From the IMG/VR virus record IMGVR_UViG_3300033463_005840, positions 69,200-133,199 of that record: a stretch of 64,000 nt of DNA; one strand, given 5' to 3'. The notes under the pieces were generated by a model. That model saw only the letters and a program-made list of their open reading frames with translations. It was not told the DNA's origin and searched no databases. Source of the stretch: a virus. Its lineage: Duplodnaviria > Caudoviricetes. The translations under genes and the position numbers were made by a program. Each line of letters begins with the position of its first letter. Within the stretch, counting starts at the first letter, position 1. Of this stretch, positions 11,178 through 21,600 are shown piece after piece.

Positions 11178-11447
11178 ATGGAAAATACAAATTTAAAAGA
11201 CTTGGATTATGTGATTCAGGCATTAAAACAAATCGGTAATGAACAAAATCTTTCTGTCAATGAGAGAGTTTTGGTTAGTATTGCTAAAACAAAATTAAAG
11301 TTCTTTGGCAAAGATAATTTTAAAAAATGTCCGTGTTATCCTCCTGATGACAATGAACACGGATGCAACTCCGTTAAATGTTTGAGTGAGATTGCAGATA
11401 ACGGCGTTTGTCATTGCAACCTGTTTTCAAAAAAAAGAGGTGCATGA
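11178..11447 (+). CDS. Ferredoxin-thioredoxin reductase catalytic subunit-like protein
   Basis: CPC..GC....C..CHCNLF in about 90 aa. Confidence 0.7.
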   Translation: MENTNLKDLDYVIQALKQIGNEQNLSVNERVLVSIAKTKLKFFGKDNFKKCPCYPPDDNEHGCNSVKCLSEIADNGVCHCNLFSKKRGA

Positions 11448-11812
11448 TGGCGATTGAGATTAAACCTATACGCTTAAGAGATTATAAGTACAAAGACCTT
11501 GTTATATATAAGCCTCAAAATTCAAGCGAAATTAAAAACGTTTTGGAGAATATCAAGCATAATAAGGTATATTGTGCTGCCATAAAAACCACAATGTTTA
11601 TTGCAACCTCTTATAAAGACTTGACTCAATTTGTGACGGCTCTTTATGATGAAAAGTTAATAAAGAAAGAAATAACAACAAAATATCTGGCGATATTTCA
11701 TTGTTATAATAATAAAATTTATCTTAAAGAAGACTCGGATATCAGAAAATTAAGAGGTTTTGTTTTAGCATCCGTCAAGAGACGGTTAGTTCCCAGCAAA
11801 AAGGAGGATTAA
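11444..11812 (+). CDS. Hypothetical protein
   Basis: ORF overlapping upstream stop (ATGA) with GAGG RBS. Confidence 0.5.
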   Translation: MMAIEIKPIRLRDYKYKDLVIYKPQNSSEIKNVLENIKHNKVYCAAIKTTMFIATSYKDLTQFVTALYDEKLIKKEITTKYLAIFHCYNNKIYLKEDSDIRKLRGFVLASVKRRLVPSKKED

Positions 11813-11818
11813 ATTTAG

Positions 11819-12037
11819 ATGATTTATTTAACTTGCACATTAATATTCTTTGGAGCTTTGATGCTCTATTTACTTATTTCTGTATATCGTGATTCCGGTA
11901 AACTTCAGAATCAAATTGATATTGATAAAGAACGTGAACATCAATTAGAAGCAAGTAAAGAAAAAGATAAAATGAATGATGACCAGCTTTTAGAGTGGTT
12001 GGAAAAACAGAAGAAAAAAGAGAAAGGAAATAAGTAA
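11819..12037 (+). CDS. Putative i-spanin
   Basis: N-terminal TM helix followed by charged coiled coil. Confidence 0.45.
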   Translation: MIYLTCTLIFFGALMLYLLISVYRDSGKLQNQIDIDKEREHQLEASKEKDKMNDDQLLEWLEKQKKKEKGNK

Positions 12038-12546
12038 TGGACATTACAATAAAAAAGGAATATTTTAAAGAATCGCCATACGCTGAATATTCAGAAGATA
12101 TAACTTTAAATGCTTTGGGAATCTTTGATATTACAGCAATTCCCGGCGGTGGTACTTTATTAAAGTTTAATTTTGGACTTGAAGAGATTGAATTAAAGAC
12201 AGACCTGATTGTTACGATTACAATGTTAGCTAATCTTGTTCAAGACGCTAATATGTCATTTGAGAAAAACACTGTAAATAAAAAGACTACAACTGAATTT
12301 CATATAATTGAAAAGGGTCCACATAAAACAATTTTTAACGAACAAATAACTCTTTATGACCCAAAGACAGAAGATTCTTCGGAAAAGGAAGCTGATAAAC
12401 CAAAAACCAAAAAAACGTGGAGCAGACGTAAGAAAAACGTTGAGCCACAAAATCCGAACGAGTTGGAGAGTAAAAACACACAAAATTCGCAGGAACCAGT
12501 TAAGAAAGCCAAAAGACCTTATCATCGGAGAAAGAAAAATGTTTAA
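12037..12546 (+). CDS. Hypothetical protein with basic tail
   Basis: ORF; repeated RRKKNV. Confidence 0.5.
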   Translation: MDITIKKEYFKESPYAEYSEDITLNALGIFDITAIPGGGTLLKFNFGLEEIELKTDLIVTITMLANLVQDANMSFEKNTVNKKTTTEFHIIEKGPHKTIFNEQITLYDPKTEDSSEKEADKPKTKKTWSRRKKNVEPQNPNELESKNTQNSQEPVKKAKRPYHRRKKNV

Positions 12547-12739
12547 AGGAATTATTTTATTTTCATTGATTTTATTATTAGTTTCTTGTAAAACAGAGTT
12601 AAGGAGTTCTGAATGTGTTTGGTATAGGGAGCCTTCAGCAGAGCAGTGCGAGAAACTTTATTCAGTTGACAAGGATTTGTTTAGAACTTGCACATTAAAT
12701 AAGATGGACTATAATGAGTTTTGTACGTCTAAAAAATGA
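12539..12739 (+). CDS. Lipoprotein, putative o-spanin
   Basis: MFKGIILFSLILLLVSC lipobox; small Cys-rich mature part. Confidence 0.55.
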   Translation: MFKGIILFSLILLLVSCKTELRSSECVWYREPSAEQCEKLYSVDKDLFRTCTLNKMDYNEFCTSKK

Positions 12740-12757
12740 GAAATGATAAAAATTGAT

Positions 12758-12795
12758 TCGCAAGATGCTCTCTCTTTAGGGTGGCAGTAGCTTAT
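12758..12795 (+). repeat. Solo IS200/IS605 end hairpin (left/right-end hybrid)
   Basis: Follows TTGAT; tcgcaagatgct..tttagggtggca resembles the left end at 57744 and ggtggcagtag the right end at 56268. Confidence 0.7.
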
Positions 12796-12819
12796 ATTTA
12801 ATTTTGCAGGAATGATTTT

Positions 12820-15705
12820 ATGGCACAGGGTGTAATTAAATCTAAAATATATATCCCCTTAGAGGATGTTAAAGATTTTGAAGCTCTTAAACGAGCTTAT
12901 ACAGTAGACGGCAAAGATGAGGTAATCTGTAATCGCTGCCAATATAAGCATGATGAATTAATGTGTAGTGTGTGTCCAGCAAATAACGCTATAATTAATC
13001 TCTGGGGAATGAAAACCATTAATGGGTTTGATTATGTTACCCTACCCGCCGGTAATCTTAAAAGAGTCACTAAATATACGGGAATAGACTTCAGCTCTTA
13101 TAAAGATTTGAGGTGCGAAGCTAAATTTGACTATCCGATAAAATGGACGGGCAAACTTAGAGCCGGAGAGGAAATTGATGGGATTCCGACTGCGAATCAG
13201 CAAGAGATTGTTGATACATGGTTAAGAGAGGATAAAAAATACGGGTTTATATGCGCCCCGCCCAGAACGGGGAAGTGCCTTTGTGGTAATACTTTAGTTA
13301 ATACTCAGGATGGATTTTTATATCTTAATGAATTTATTAAAGAAGATGGTGTTTCTCCGTTAGTTAAAAAGATTAGTTCTTTAGATGGAGAAGAGTTAAC
13401 GGAATTTGCTTATAAGTCTAAAGCAAAAACTATTAAAATTAAAACAAATAGAGGGTATGAATTACAAGGAACTTATGAGCATCCTGTATTGACGCTTCAA
13501 AGGGATTTAACTTTTGCTTGGAAATGTTTGCAAGACATTCAGATAGGAGATTGTATAGTTGGTAAACCTAAAAATCAAAAACCTATATTTGGGACAGATA
13601 ACTCTGTTAAGCTAGATGAAGCTATCTTATTGGGGTATTTTTTAGCAAACGGACGGTGCAATATCATACATTCAAAAGATTTAGATGTTATTAAGCAGGT
13701 CCGACTAAGTTGTAAGAATCTTAATTTAGAATTTTGGGAAGGATTTAAAGCGAGTGAACCTTCTCAAAAAGAGATACATATTTTAGGTTTTTCTGAGAGA
13801 TTAAAACAATTAGGATATAAAACAGGAGCACTTAATAAAAACTTAGGTAAATTAATCCGTAGTTCCTCAAGAGAGATAATAAAAGCCACATTGGAATCCT
13901 ATTTTGAGTGTGATTCGAGTTCTAATGGGAGTTTTATACAATTAATTTCCGCCTCGGAAACCTTTGTTAACCAACTCCAAGTCATCCTTAATTTAGGCTT
14001 CGGTATATCAGGCGAAAAATTCTCTGTTAAACGCAAGCTCCGTAATAAGGACAGGGAATACTTTGGGGTTACTATCACAGGTGTTGACGCTCATAAGTTT
14101 TGTTTGGAATTTCCTAAAGCAAAGGTTGTGCGTAAATACAAAGACCGTTTTAGGAGAGATTATTATAATTATCAAGAATGTAAAGGAAAGAAGTTTATAC
14201 CTTTTGTTTATGCCTATTTTGAAAAATTAGCGTCAGAGACAAAGATAAATTTTGGCAAGCATTATTTTCCTAAATCTGGTTATAAAGGGTATTTATCTCT
14301 TTCTTTTGATTTATACAGAAAAAATATTGATATGTTACTATGTCATATAGATAAATGGATAAAGTGGAATGAGAAAAAATTAAAAGATATTGATTTTAGT
14401 TCTTATGAAAAACTAAAAAGAGTTTTAGAATTATCTAATGATTACCAGATTATTACTGATAAAAACTTTATTGATAGCGAATCAGACGTTTATGATTTAC
14501 AAGTTCCTAATAGTCACTCTTTTATAGCAAACGGATTAATTTCACATAATTCAGTTTTAGCTGTGAATCTTTGCTGTCAAATGGGCTTAAAAACGCTATT
14601 CGTTGTTCATCAATCCGAACTTCTTGATAACTTTATGAAGTCTTTTCTTCGAGATACTAATCTTAAAGAACTCCAATTTGATACCGGAAAAGAATTAGTT
14701 AAGATAATTGAGAGCAAAAAAGACCTTGAAGACCCTTCAATTCAAGTGGCAATGATAACATACCAAAAATTCATTCGTGAGGGTGCATCTCAAGATATTA
14801 CCAAGTTTCTTAAAGGCAAATTTGGTTTCGTCATTATTGACGAGGCACATCAGGCGGGTGCTATTGCGTATGCTAAGTTTCTTTCGCAGTTAGATTGTAA
14901 ATATCGTCTTGGAATATCAGCAACGCCAATGCGTAAAGATAGTTTGAATTATGTTTTGTTAAATCTTATCGGACCCGTGACAGTAAAATCTAATGCGGTC
15001 GGCATGATTCCAAAGGTAGAAATTGTTGAAACCGCTATCTCTTATGATAATAGTAATGTGTTTGCTCATTTTGTTAAAAACATGACCGAATGTAAAGAAC
15101 GCAATGAGTTATTGGTTAATGAGGTTTTCGAAGATTTAAAAGAGCATAAGTGCATACTGATTCCTGTTGATACTGTTAAGCATATGAACTGCTTAGTAAA
15201 TATGATTAATAAAAGAGCCGGAGATGACATTGCTCTAGCCTTTTATTCAAGAACAATGAATCGTGCTAATATTATCAAAGATATTGATGCCGGTAAATAC
15301 AGAGTGGTTGTAGCGATTAAATCTATGATTAAACAAGGTATTGATTTAAAGCTTCCGACAATGATATACATCCAGATATTAATGTCTGCAAAAGATAATA
15401 AAGTTGGGGCTCCAATGTTTTATCAGATGGGGAATCGTGTTTGTACGCCATACACCGGTAAAAGACAACCGATTATTAAAATCTTCTTTGACCCTATGCC
15501 AATCAGTTATCTCTGTTTTAGGAGTATATACTCAAAAGAGATTCTACCACACACAAAACCTAAAGACGGTGAAGACAGACCGAGATATTTAATATCAGAT
15601 AAAGCTAGGAAATATGCTAGAAACGTGTTGAATAGAATTGCAAGCAAGCAGTACACACAAGAGAAATTTTTTAATCCCGACAAAGAATCAGAAAATTCCT
15701 CTTGA
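12820..15705 (+). CDS. SF2 DNA helicase with intein
   Basis: APPRTGK|S Walker A, IIDEAH, ISATP. Confidence 0.9.
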   Translation: MAQGVIKSKIYIPLEDVKDFEALKRAYTVDGKDEVICNRCQYKHDELMCSVCPANNAIINLWGMKTINGFDYVTLPAGNLKRVTKYTGIDFSSYKDLRCEAKFDYPIKWTGKLRAGEEIDGIPTANQQEIVDTWLREDKKYGFICAPPRTGKCLCGNTLVNTQDGFLYLNEFIKEDGVSPLVKKISSLDGEELTEFAYKSKAKTIKIKTNRGYELQGTYEHPVLTLQRDLTFAWKCLQDIQIGDCIVGKPKNQKPIFGTDNSVKLDEAILLGYFLANGRCNIIHSKDLDVIKQVRLSCKNLNLEFWEGFKASEPSQKEIHILGFSERLKQLGYKTGALNKNLGKLIRSSSREIIKATLESYFECDSSSNGSFIQLISASETFVNQLQVILNLGFGISGEKFSVKRKLRNKDREYFGVTITGVDAHKFCLEFPKAKVVRKYKDRFRRDYYNYQECKGKKFIPFVYAYFEKLASETKINFGKHYFPKSGYKGYLSLSFDLYRKNIDMLLCHIDKWIKWNEKKLKDIDFSSYEKLKRVLELSNDYQIITDKNFIDSESDVYDLQVPNSHSFIANGLISHNSVLAVNLCCQMGLKTLFVVHQSELLDNFMKSFLRDTNLKELQFDTGKELVKIIESKKDLEDPSIQVAMITYQKFIREGASQDITKFLKGKFGFVIIDEAHQAGAIAYAKFLSQLDCKYRLGISATPMRKDSLNYVLLNLIGPVTVKSNAVGMIPKVEIVETAISYDNSNVFAHFVKNMTECKERNELLVNEVFEDLKEHKCILIPVDTVKHMNCLVNMINKRAGDDIALAFYSRTMNRANIIKDIDAGKYRVVVAIKSMIKQGIDLKLPTMIYIQILMSAKDNKVGAPMFYQMGNRVCTPYTGKRQPIIKIFFDPMPISYLCFRSIYSKEILPHTKPKDGEDRPRYLISDKARKYARNVLNRIASKQYTQEKFFNPDKESENSS
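13276..14550 (+). mobile_element. Intein (425 aa) in helicase Walker A
   Basis: CLCGNT..GTYEHP..VYDL..ISHN|S; degenerate LAGLIDADG motifs LGYFLANG and LESYFECDS. Confidence 0.95.
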
Positions 15706-15760
15706 ACTTAAAAATTTTTTTGTATTTATATTAAAACACTAAACCTTTTTAGAGACACCA

Positions 15761-16288
15761 ATGGCAAAGAAAAAGACAGAACTTAAAGTAACAGAAGAAA
15801 TATATTCAAATGTCACAGAAACAGTCGTTAAAGACCTCGCATATTCAGTGGACTCTCAGATTGCAATGTTTGAGAAATGCTTACAAGAGTTCGGAACAAA
15901 ACCGTTTATTTGCGGTATTTCATGTGACTATGATTATAGATATGCTGAAAAAATGGCTAAACAAACGTTTAATTTTTTGGTTGATAAAAATTTTAGACCT
16001 TATTATTATAAAGTTTATGACCGTTTGGCAGACATATCTTTTCAAGACAATATTAACACTTATGGTGTACCGGACTGCTTGTTTCTTGCAACCTATTGGG
16101 ATAATATGCAATTAAAATATTATGATAAGTTAAGGGAACTGGTTACGATGTATGGAGAAAATATTCCGATTTTCATCCTTAATACTGGAATGTCGGCACC
16201 AGACTTTATGAGAGAGATTGTCAAGCTTCCTTTAGACGCATTTTTGTGTTTAAATTCCAAACATTATGGTATCGCTGATAATTTGTGA
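15761..16288 (+). CDS. Hypothetical protein upstream of helicase
   Basis: ORF. Confidence 0.55.
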   Translation: MAKKKTELKVTEEIYSNVTETVVKDLAYSVDSQIAMFEKCLQEFGTKPFICGISCDYDYRYAEKMAKQTFNFLVDKNFRPYYYKVYDRLADISFQDNINTYGVPDCLFLATYWDNMQLKYYDKLRELVTMYGENIPIFILNTGMSAPDFMREIVKLPLDAFLCLNSKHYGIADNL

Positions 16289-16299
16289 GAGATTAAAAG

Positions 16300-17691
16300 A
16301 TGTCCAAACTTACTAATTCATCTTTGGAGTTATCTTATTTAAAAGCGATTTGTGATATTAGCGAGAGAGATAAGGGAATCGCTTGTGCGATGCTTTCCGT
16401 TCTTGACGATTCTTATTTCTTTTCTCCTGTTTCTAAAATCGTTTTTGAAAAGCTGCGTAAGACTTATGATAAGACAGGCAATATAATTAATTTTGATTTG
16501 ATTGCCACCGACACAAATATAAAAGACGAAGATAAGGACATTATTAAGAGTATTGATAATGTTAATATCAATGAAAAGAATTATCGAGAAGCTTTTAACA
16601 ATTTAGATATTTTGCGTAAAGGCAGAGCCTTGCAAAGTATCGCTCAATCCATTAACGACAAGTTGTTGGCAGGTGATACCACCAATCTTGAAAAACTTTT
16701 TAACGATACCGTTAGAACACTGACTAATTCACAGACCGCCAAAGAAGATGAAGATTGTTATACGATTATTGGCAAGGGCGAGAATTACGATGGAAAAATG
16801 ATGAAGCTGTTATCAGGACAAGCTTTAAAATTTATGCCTTCTGGGTTTAATGGTTGGGATTCAAGGAATAATGGTTTGCCGTTAGGCAAACTTGGTATTG
16901 TTGCGGCAACATCCGGTGGTGGTAAATCGTTAATGGGTATTCAACTGGCTCTTAATGTTGCTAATTATGGGAATGCCGTTTGCGTGGTGCCTTTGGAAAT
17001 GAATAGTATTGATATGCTACATCGTATTGCGGCGAATAAAACTCATTTAACAATGTCAGAGATTGCCAAAGGTAAAGATATTGACAGAGAAAACAGACTA
17101 CGTGCTTTTAAGGCTTTAAAAGCTTATTCAAAAACCTTAGAGAATAAAAATGCCTCTATTACAATATATAATCCGAAAGACGACTTAGATATGGAAGGCT
17201 TATTGCTAAGGCTGGACCAAAAGCGTTATGATATGGTCATCATTGATTATATCGGATTGTTAAAAGGGTTTGAAGGTGACAATCAATGGCGTAAGATGAG
17301 TGAGGCTATGAGAACCGCAAAAGTGTGGGCTGAAAGCCGGATGACAACCGTTATTGTTATGGCACAGTTAAACGATGATATGATGTTAAAATTCAGTAAA
17401 TCAATGAAAGACCATGCCGACTTAATGTGGAGCTGGAATCCTGGCAAAATATCTCAATTAGAAAACGGTGAGGCCATTATCAGGATAGAACCACAAAAAG
17501 GCAGAAACCAAGAACAAGCTGTTTTTTATCTTCATTCGTCTTTTAAAAAGATGCAGATGTATGATGCAACGCCGGATGAGATAACGGCGTATGAAACAAA
17601 AATGAAAGCCGCAGGTGATGGCAAAGGCTTTAATAATGCCAGAGGCCAAAAATTTATTATTGATGGAGGCAAAAGCAAAATCAAAGTTTAA
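16300..17691 (+). CDS. dnaB: DnaB-like replicative helicase
   Basis: ATSGGGKS, LEM, IIDYIGL, AQLN, ADL, KGRN. Confidence 0.9.
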   Translation: MSKLTNSSLELSYLKAICDISERDKGIACAMLSVLDDSYFFSPVSKIVFEKLRKTYDKTGNIINFDLIATDTNIKDEDKDIIKSIDNVNINEKNYREAFNNLDILRKGRALQSIAQSINDKLLAGDTTNLEKLFNDTVRTLTNSQTAKEDEDCYTIIGKGENYDGKMMKLLSGQALKFMPSGFNGWDSRNNGLPLGKLGIVAATSGGGKSLMGIQLALNVANYGNAVCVVPLEMNSIDMLHRIAANKTHLTMSEIAKGKDIDRENRLRAFKALKAYSKTLENKNASITIYNPKDDLDMEGLLLRLDQKRYDMVIIDYIGLLKGFEGDNQWRKMSEAMRTAKVWAESRMTTVIVMAQLNDDMMLKFSKSMKDHADLMWSWNPGKISQLENGEAIIRIEPQKGRNQEQAVFYLHSSFKKMQMYDATPDEITAYETKMKAAGDGKGFNNARGQKFIIDGGKSKIKV

Positions 17692-17694
17692 ACG

Positions 17695-17710
17695 ATATAT
17701 ATATTTACAG
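17695..17710 (+). promoter_or_regulatory. Phage promoter motif
   Basis: ATATATATATTTACAG. Confidence 0.65.
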
Positions 17711-17723
17711 ATAATGTGATAAA

Positions 17724-17757
17724 AAGATTTCACCATTTTAGGGTGGGAGTATATTCA
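17724..17757 (+). repeat. Degenerate solo IS200/IS605-type end hairpin
   Basis: aagatttcaccattttagggtgggagtatattca. Confidence 0.4.
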
Positions 17758-17771
17758 TTTAGGAAAAACTT

Positions 17772-18104
17772 ATGCTTAATACGATAGTTACAGAAACCAA
17801 AATTTATAAAAGCTGTCAGAACGTAAGATTCGCTCTTGTTGATTCAAGACAAGCTTTTAATCTTGATGATGCGACCCAGACCAGTAAGACTTTAAAACAA
17901 AATGAAATATTTGCAGTAAATAATTTCAAGTATCTGCATTTTCATTCTGATAATTCCATTATATTGTCTTTGGTTGGGGATAATGATAATACAATGACAT
18001 TGACGACAAAGATGCTGACTTTATATAACGAGGCGAGCATCAATGCTGCAACGATTACGAATACTAACGAGAATCCTGCAAATATTTATGTCGTTTATGC
18101 TTGA
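17772..18104 (+). CDS. Hypothetical protein
   Basis: ORF with AGGA RBS. Confidence 0.55.
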   Translation: MLNTIVTETKIYKSCQNVRFALVDSRQAFNLDDATQTSKTLKQNEIFAVNNFKYLHFHSDNSIILSLVGDNDNTMTLTTKMLTLYNEASINAATITNTNENPANIYVVYA

Positions 18105-18116
18105 TGGAGATTTTTA

Positions 18117-18389
18117 ATGGATTACGATTACGGCGATAATTGGCATGACTTAGCTGATAAATGCAAGCAACGTTATAATTATATCTGTCAGAAATGTGGA
18201 AAGTCTTTTAAAGAAAATAAAATCAAACTTCACGCTCATCATGTGATACCCTTGTCAAAAGGCGGGCGCAACGTTCTTTCTAATCTTATAGCTCTTTGTG
18301 AAGATTGCCACAGTAAAGTCCATAATAAAGAAATTATTACATCAAGACGCAGAGGAAAAAGCAATGCCAAATCCTTCAGAAAATTCTGA
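18117..18389 (+). CDS. HNH endonuclease
   Basis: CQKCG..HAHHVIP..GG.N..SNL..LCEDCH..VH. Confidence 0.9.
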   Translation: MDYDYGDNWHDLADKCKQRYNYICQKCGKSFKENKIKLHAHHVIPLSKGGRNVLSNLIALCEDCHSKVHNKEIITSRRRGKSNAKSFRKF

Positions 18390-18681
18390 TATTAACTTCT
18401 TATTCAAGTTGTTGGATAAACAACAATCACATTTAATAACAGAGCTCCAAGCAGAGATTGTGACTGTAGACGCTGCGTTTAATGCTGTTGACAAATACGA
18501 CCGTATTTATTTCAGCAATCTTCCGGCCTCAGTAGACTTTAAAGCAACATTGGCAGAGAATTTACTGAACTTATGCGGGAATTTCGGTGTTAAATGCAAT
18601 CTTTGGAGTCTTATAAAGAATAAACATAAAAACATAATTCCGGTGATAGATATTTGTGTTAATAAAAACAATTTCATTTAA
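18364..18681 (+). CDS. Hypothetical protein
   Basis: ORF; start refined after GAGG. Confidence 0.5.
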   Translation: MPNPSENSDINFLFKLLDKQQSHLITELQAEIVTVDAAFNAVDKYDRIYFSNLPASVDFKATLAENLLNLCGNFGVKCNLWSLIKNKHKNIIPVIDICVNKNNFI

Positions 18682-18696
18682 GAGGGAATTGAACTC

Positions 18697-21600
18697 ATGG
18701 ATTTTAATCCTTTAGAAACAGACATAAACGAAAACGTTTGGAAGTTATTAAAAGACGCTTCATTAGCTATTTTTACGGCTTTTAAAAAAGAAACGGATGA
18801 CTTAGGTGTTATAAGAACTTACTCTGTGTCAGACTTTTCCGAATTAAGTGGCAATTCCGTTATTAATTGCCTTTTGTCGAGTTTTGAGTATGAGGTTGAA
18901 TATCCTGAAAACATGATGAATTGGAAAGTTAAAAGTGTTTTCGGTAAAAAGAAAGATAACGTTGAAAAGCTCTTTAAAAAAATATTCCCTGACTTTATTC
19001 TCCCTTCTTATACAAAGAGCATACAAATCAACCCTTTGAAAGACATTACCTTTGTCCCCAGAGTAGACATGAAAGATTATGAGAGTCAAACACTCACAAT
19101 TAAAGATTTGAATAATATTTTTAAATCACGTTTGAAAGACGAAGACTCAAGACTTTCCTTCAAATTTTATTTGAATAAAGAAGAGGTCGCGTTTAAAAAT
19201 ACTGATATAAATAGTGGAATAAATCTTATCGAGAACAATACGGTTATTTTTACCATAAAGATTAATGTCTTTTTAAAGAGCGAATCTGATATGGTTAAAT
19301 TTGTGACGAACTCAAATGTTTTATGTTTACCTATATATAAGCAGTTTATTGCAAAACAACTTAGTTCCTTACAGCAATATACGGATAAACCGTTTAACCA
19401 GATGAATAACATCCCTGTTTATGATGTTAAAGCTTTCGACTATACGAATAAGTTTATTCAATTATATGAACAAGGCAAGATTTTTTGGGTGCCGGATTGT
19501 GATTTGCTTTACGCCGATTATATTAATAACTATAATCTTATGTATAATGCGGACAGCAAGACCATAAAAGAGGGGATTCCTGAGGGCAATATTAATAAAG
19601 TTCTGTATGTTGATGGTGTTACCAAAACCCTTGTTTATACAGATGAGCAAGCTAATATATGTTCTTTTTCTTTTTATGGGGGAGAGCTTTTAGGTAAAGA
19701 CGTACCGCCAAAAAAGCCAGAGTCTTTCGATAATTTTATGAAAATCGCTTCTCTTGAGTTTGGTCTCTTAAACACCTCTTACGAAAATCAGATATTAAAG
19801 ATTTATGAGAACTTCTCGGTTTTAAAAATCAATGTTCTTTTAAAATGCGAAAATAAGTATTATTTGAAGTTGGAGTATGACAGGATTAAAAATGTCATTC
19901 CTTTTTACGACAAAGAACCTACTCTTAAACTGGATAAAGATTTAATTAAGCCTCCAAGATTCAATCTCGGCAGATTACCTGTTATTTATAATACTTTCTT
20001 TACGGATTTTTCCAAGAATAAAGTATTGTTTGATTTTGACTTGTCTTTGCGAGACACCTTCTTTATCAATCATATCTATACATTGTTAGCGAATTATATT
20101 ATTAAAAGAGCGGTCATTTTAACAAATGACACTTCAATTTTATTTGAAAAGCTTACAACAAAAGGGGTCAATCCGTTTATAATAGACGAAGTTACTTTAC
20201 CAAATCTTATATCTGTATTAAAAGACGGAATCATTGATTATATAAAGCAGCTTCCAAAAGAGGTGATAATCTTAATCAACCCCTCGATATTTTCTGCCGA
20301 GAATATAACTAATGTTAAAAAAGAACTGGTCGGCAATAAACCTGCTTACAGACATTTGGTTATTGAACTGCTTTCAAAGATGGATTACGATTATTTTGTT
20401 TACTACCAGACTACGATAATCAATGAGTCATCCGAGACGGTTTTATGCTTAAAGGAATTATTTAATGTTGCTAAATACCGTTATATGTGGTCTCACTCCA
20501 ACTTTAACATTAAACTCTTAGGTGATGGTTATTCTGATTTCAAGACCAAAGAGATTGTCTTCTATGAGCTTGAGTATGAAAACGTGCCTGTTAAGCTTGG
20601 GGATAATAAATTAAAGTTTTATGCAGAAACATTAAAGAAGATTGCTATTGATATTATTAATGATGAAAATTATCACTCTTTGGTGGAAGAGTCGGATTTT
20701 AATAAACGTAATTGGAAGATAAACAATTATCTGTATAATCGTTTATCTTTGCCATTAAACTTTATTAATAACCCAAATGATAAAGACTATGTTTATGTGG
20801 AACAGTTTGACCAAGAGGACTCTGGCCTTATCTCCGATAAAGTTTTATTTATAAATCAAATAATATACGCACATACATACGGCGGCCTTATTAATAATGT
20901 TAAACGTAACACGGTTGCCGGCAAGATTATGATAATCTGCAAAGACCATACGACACGCCAATATCTTAAAGAGAAAATCAGCGCTTATGGCAATAACGAT
21001 AAAATCATTCTGGAGATTGCGGATTCGTTTATCGCTTCTGCCGATTATACGGATGCTGATGTTTATATCATATATGATACCCCGTTTGACTCTTCTTATC
21101 TCAATAATATCATTAATGCCATTCAGTATCAGAAATTAAACGGCTTATATGATTATAAGAAATCTTATATATATACGCTAACTTATGAAAATACTTTAGA
21201 AACAACTATCTTGAACGACAATCTCAATTATATTTTGTCACAGGGTATGAATCATAATTATAATGATTTGTTTTATACTGATGAGAAAGATTTTATATCG
21301 CAAGACATATCTTATCAGAGTATAGATGCGTTAAACGCTCTGTTATATAAAAAATATACGGACTCCAAAGATGTCATTGAATCTTATAAAGAGTTTATCT
21401 TTAATAAATTTTATGCTACTTATACGGATGCAGATGTTATTGAGGTTACGACCGTTGTACCGACAGATGACTCTTTTAATCCTCCGTTACCTGATTATTT
21501 TTACCCGATTAACGAAGAAACTTTCATTACCGATAATGGTGTGAAACTGGATAGCGTTTACACTTTTAATTGCTTAGACTTTAAAGGCAATCCCCTTTAT

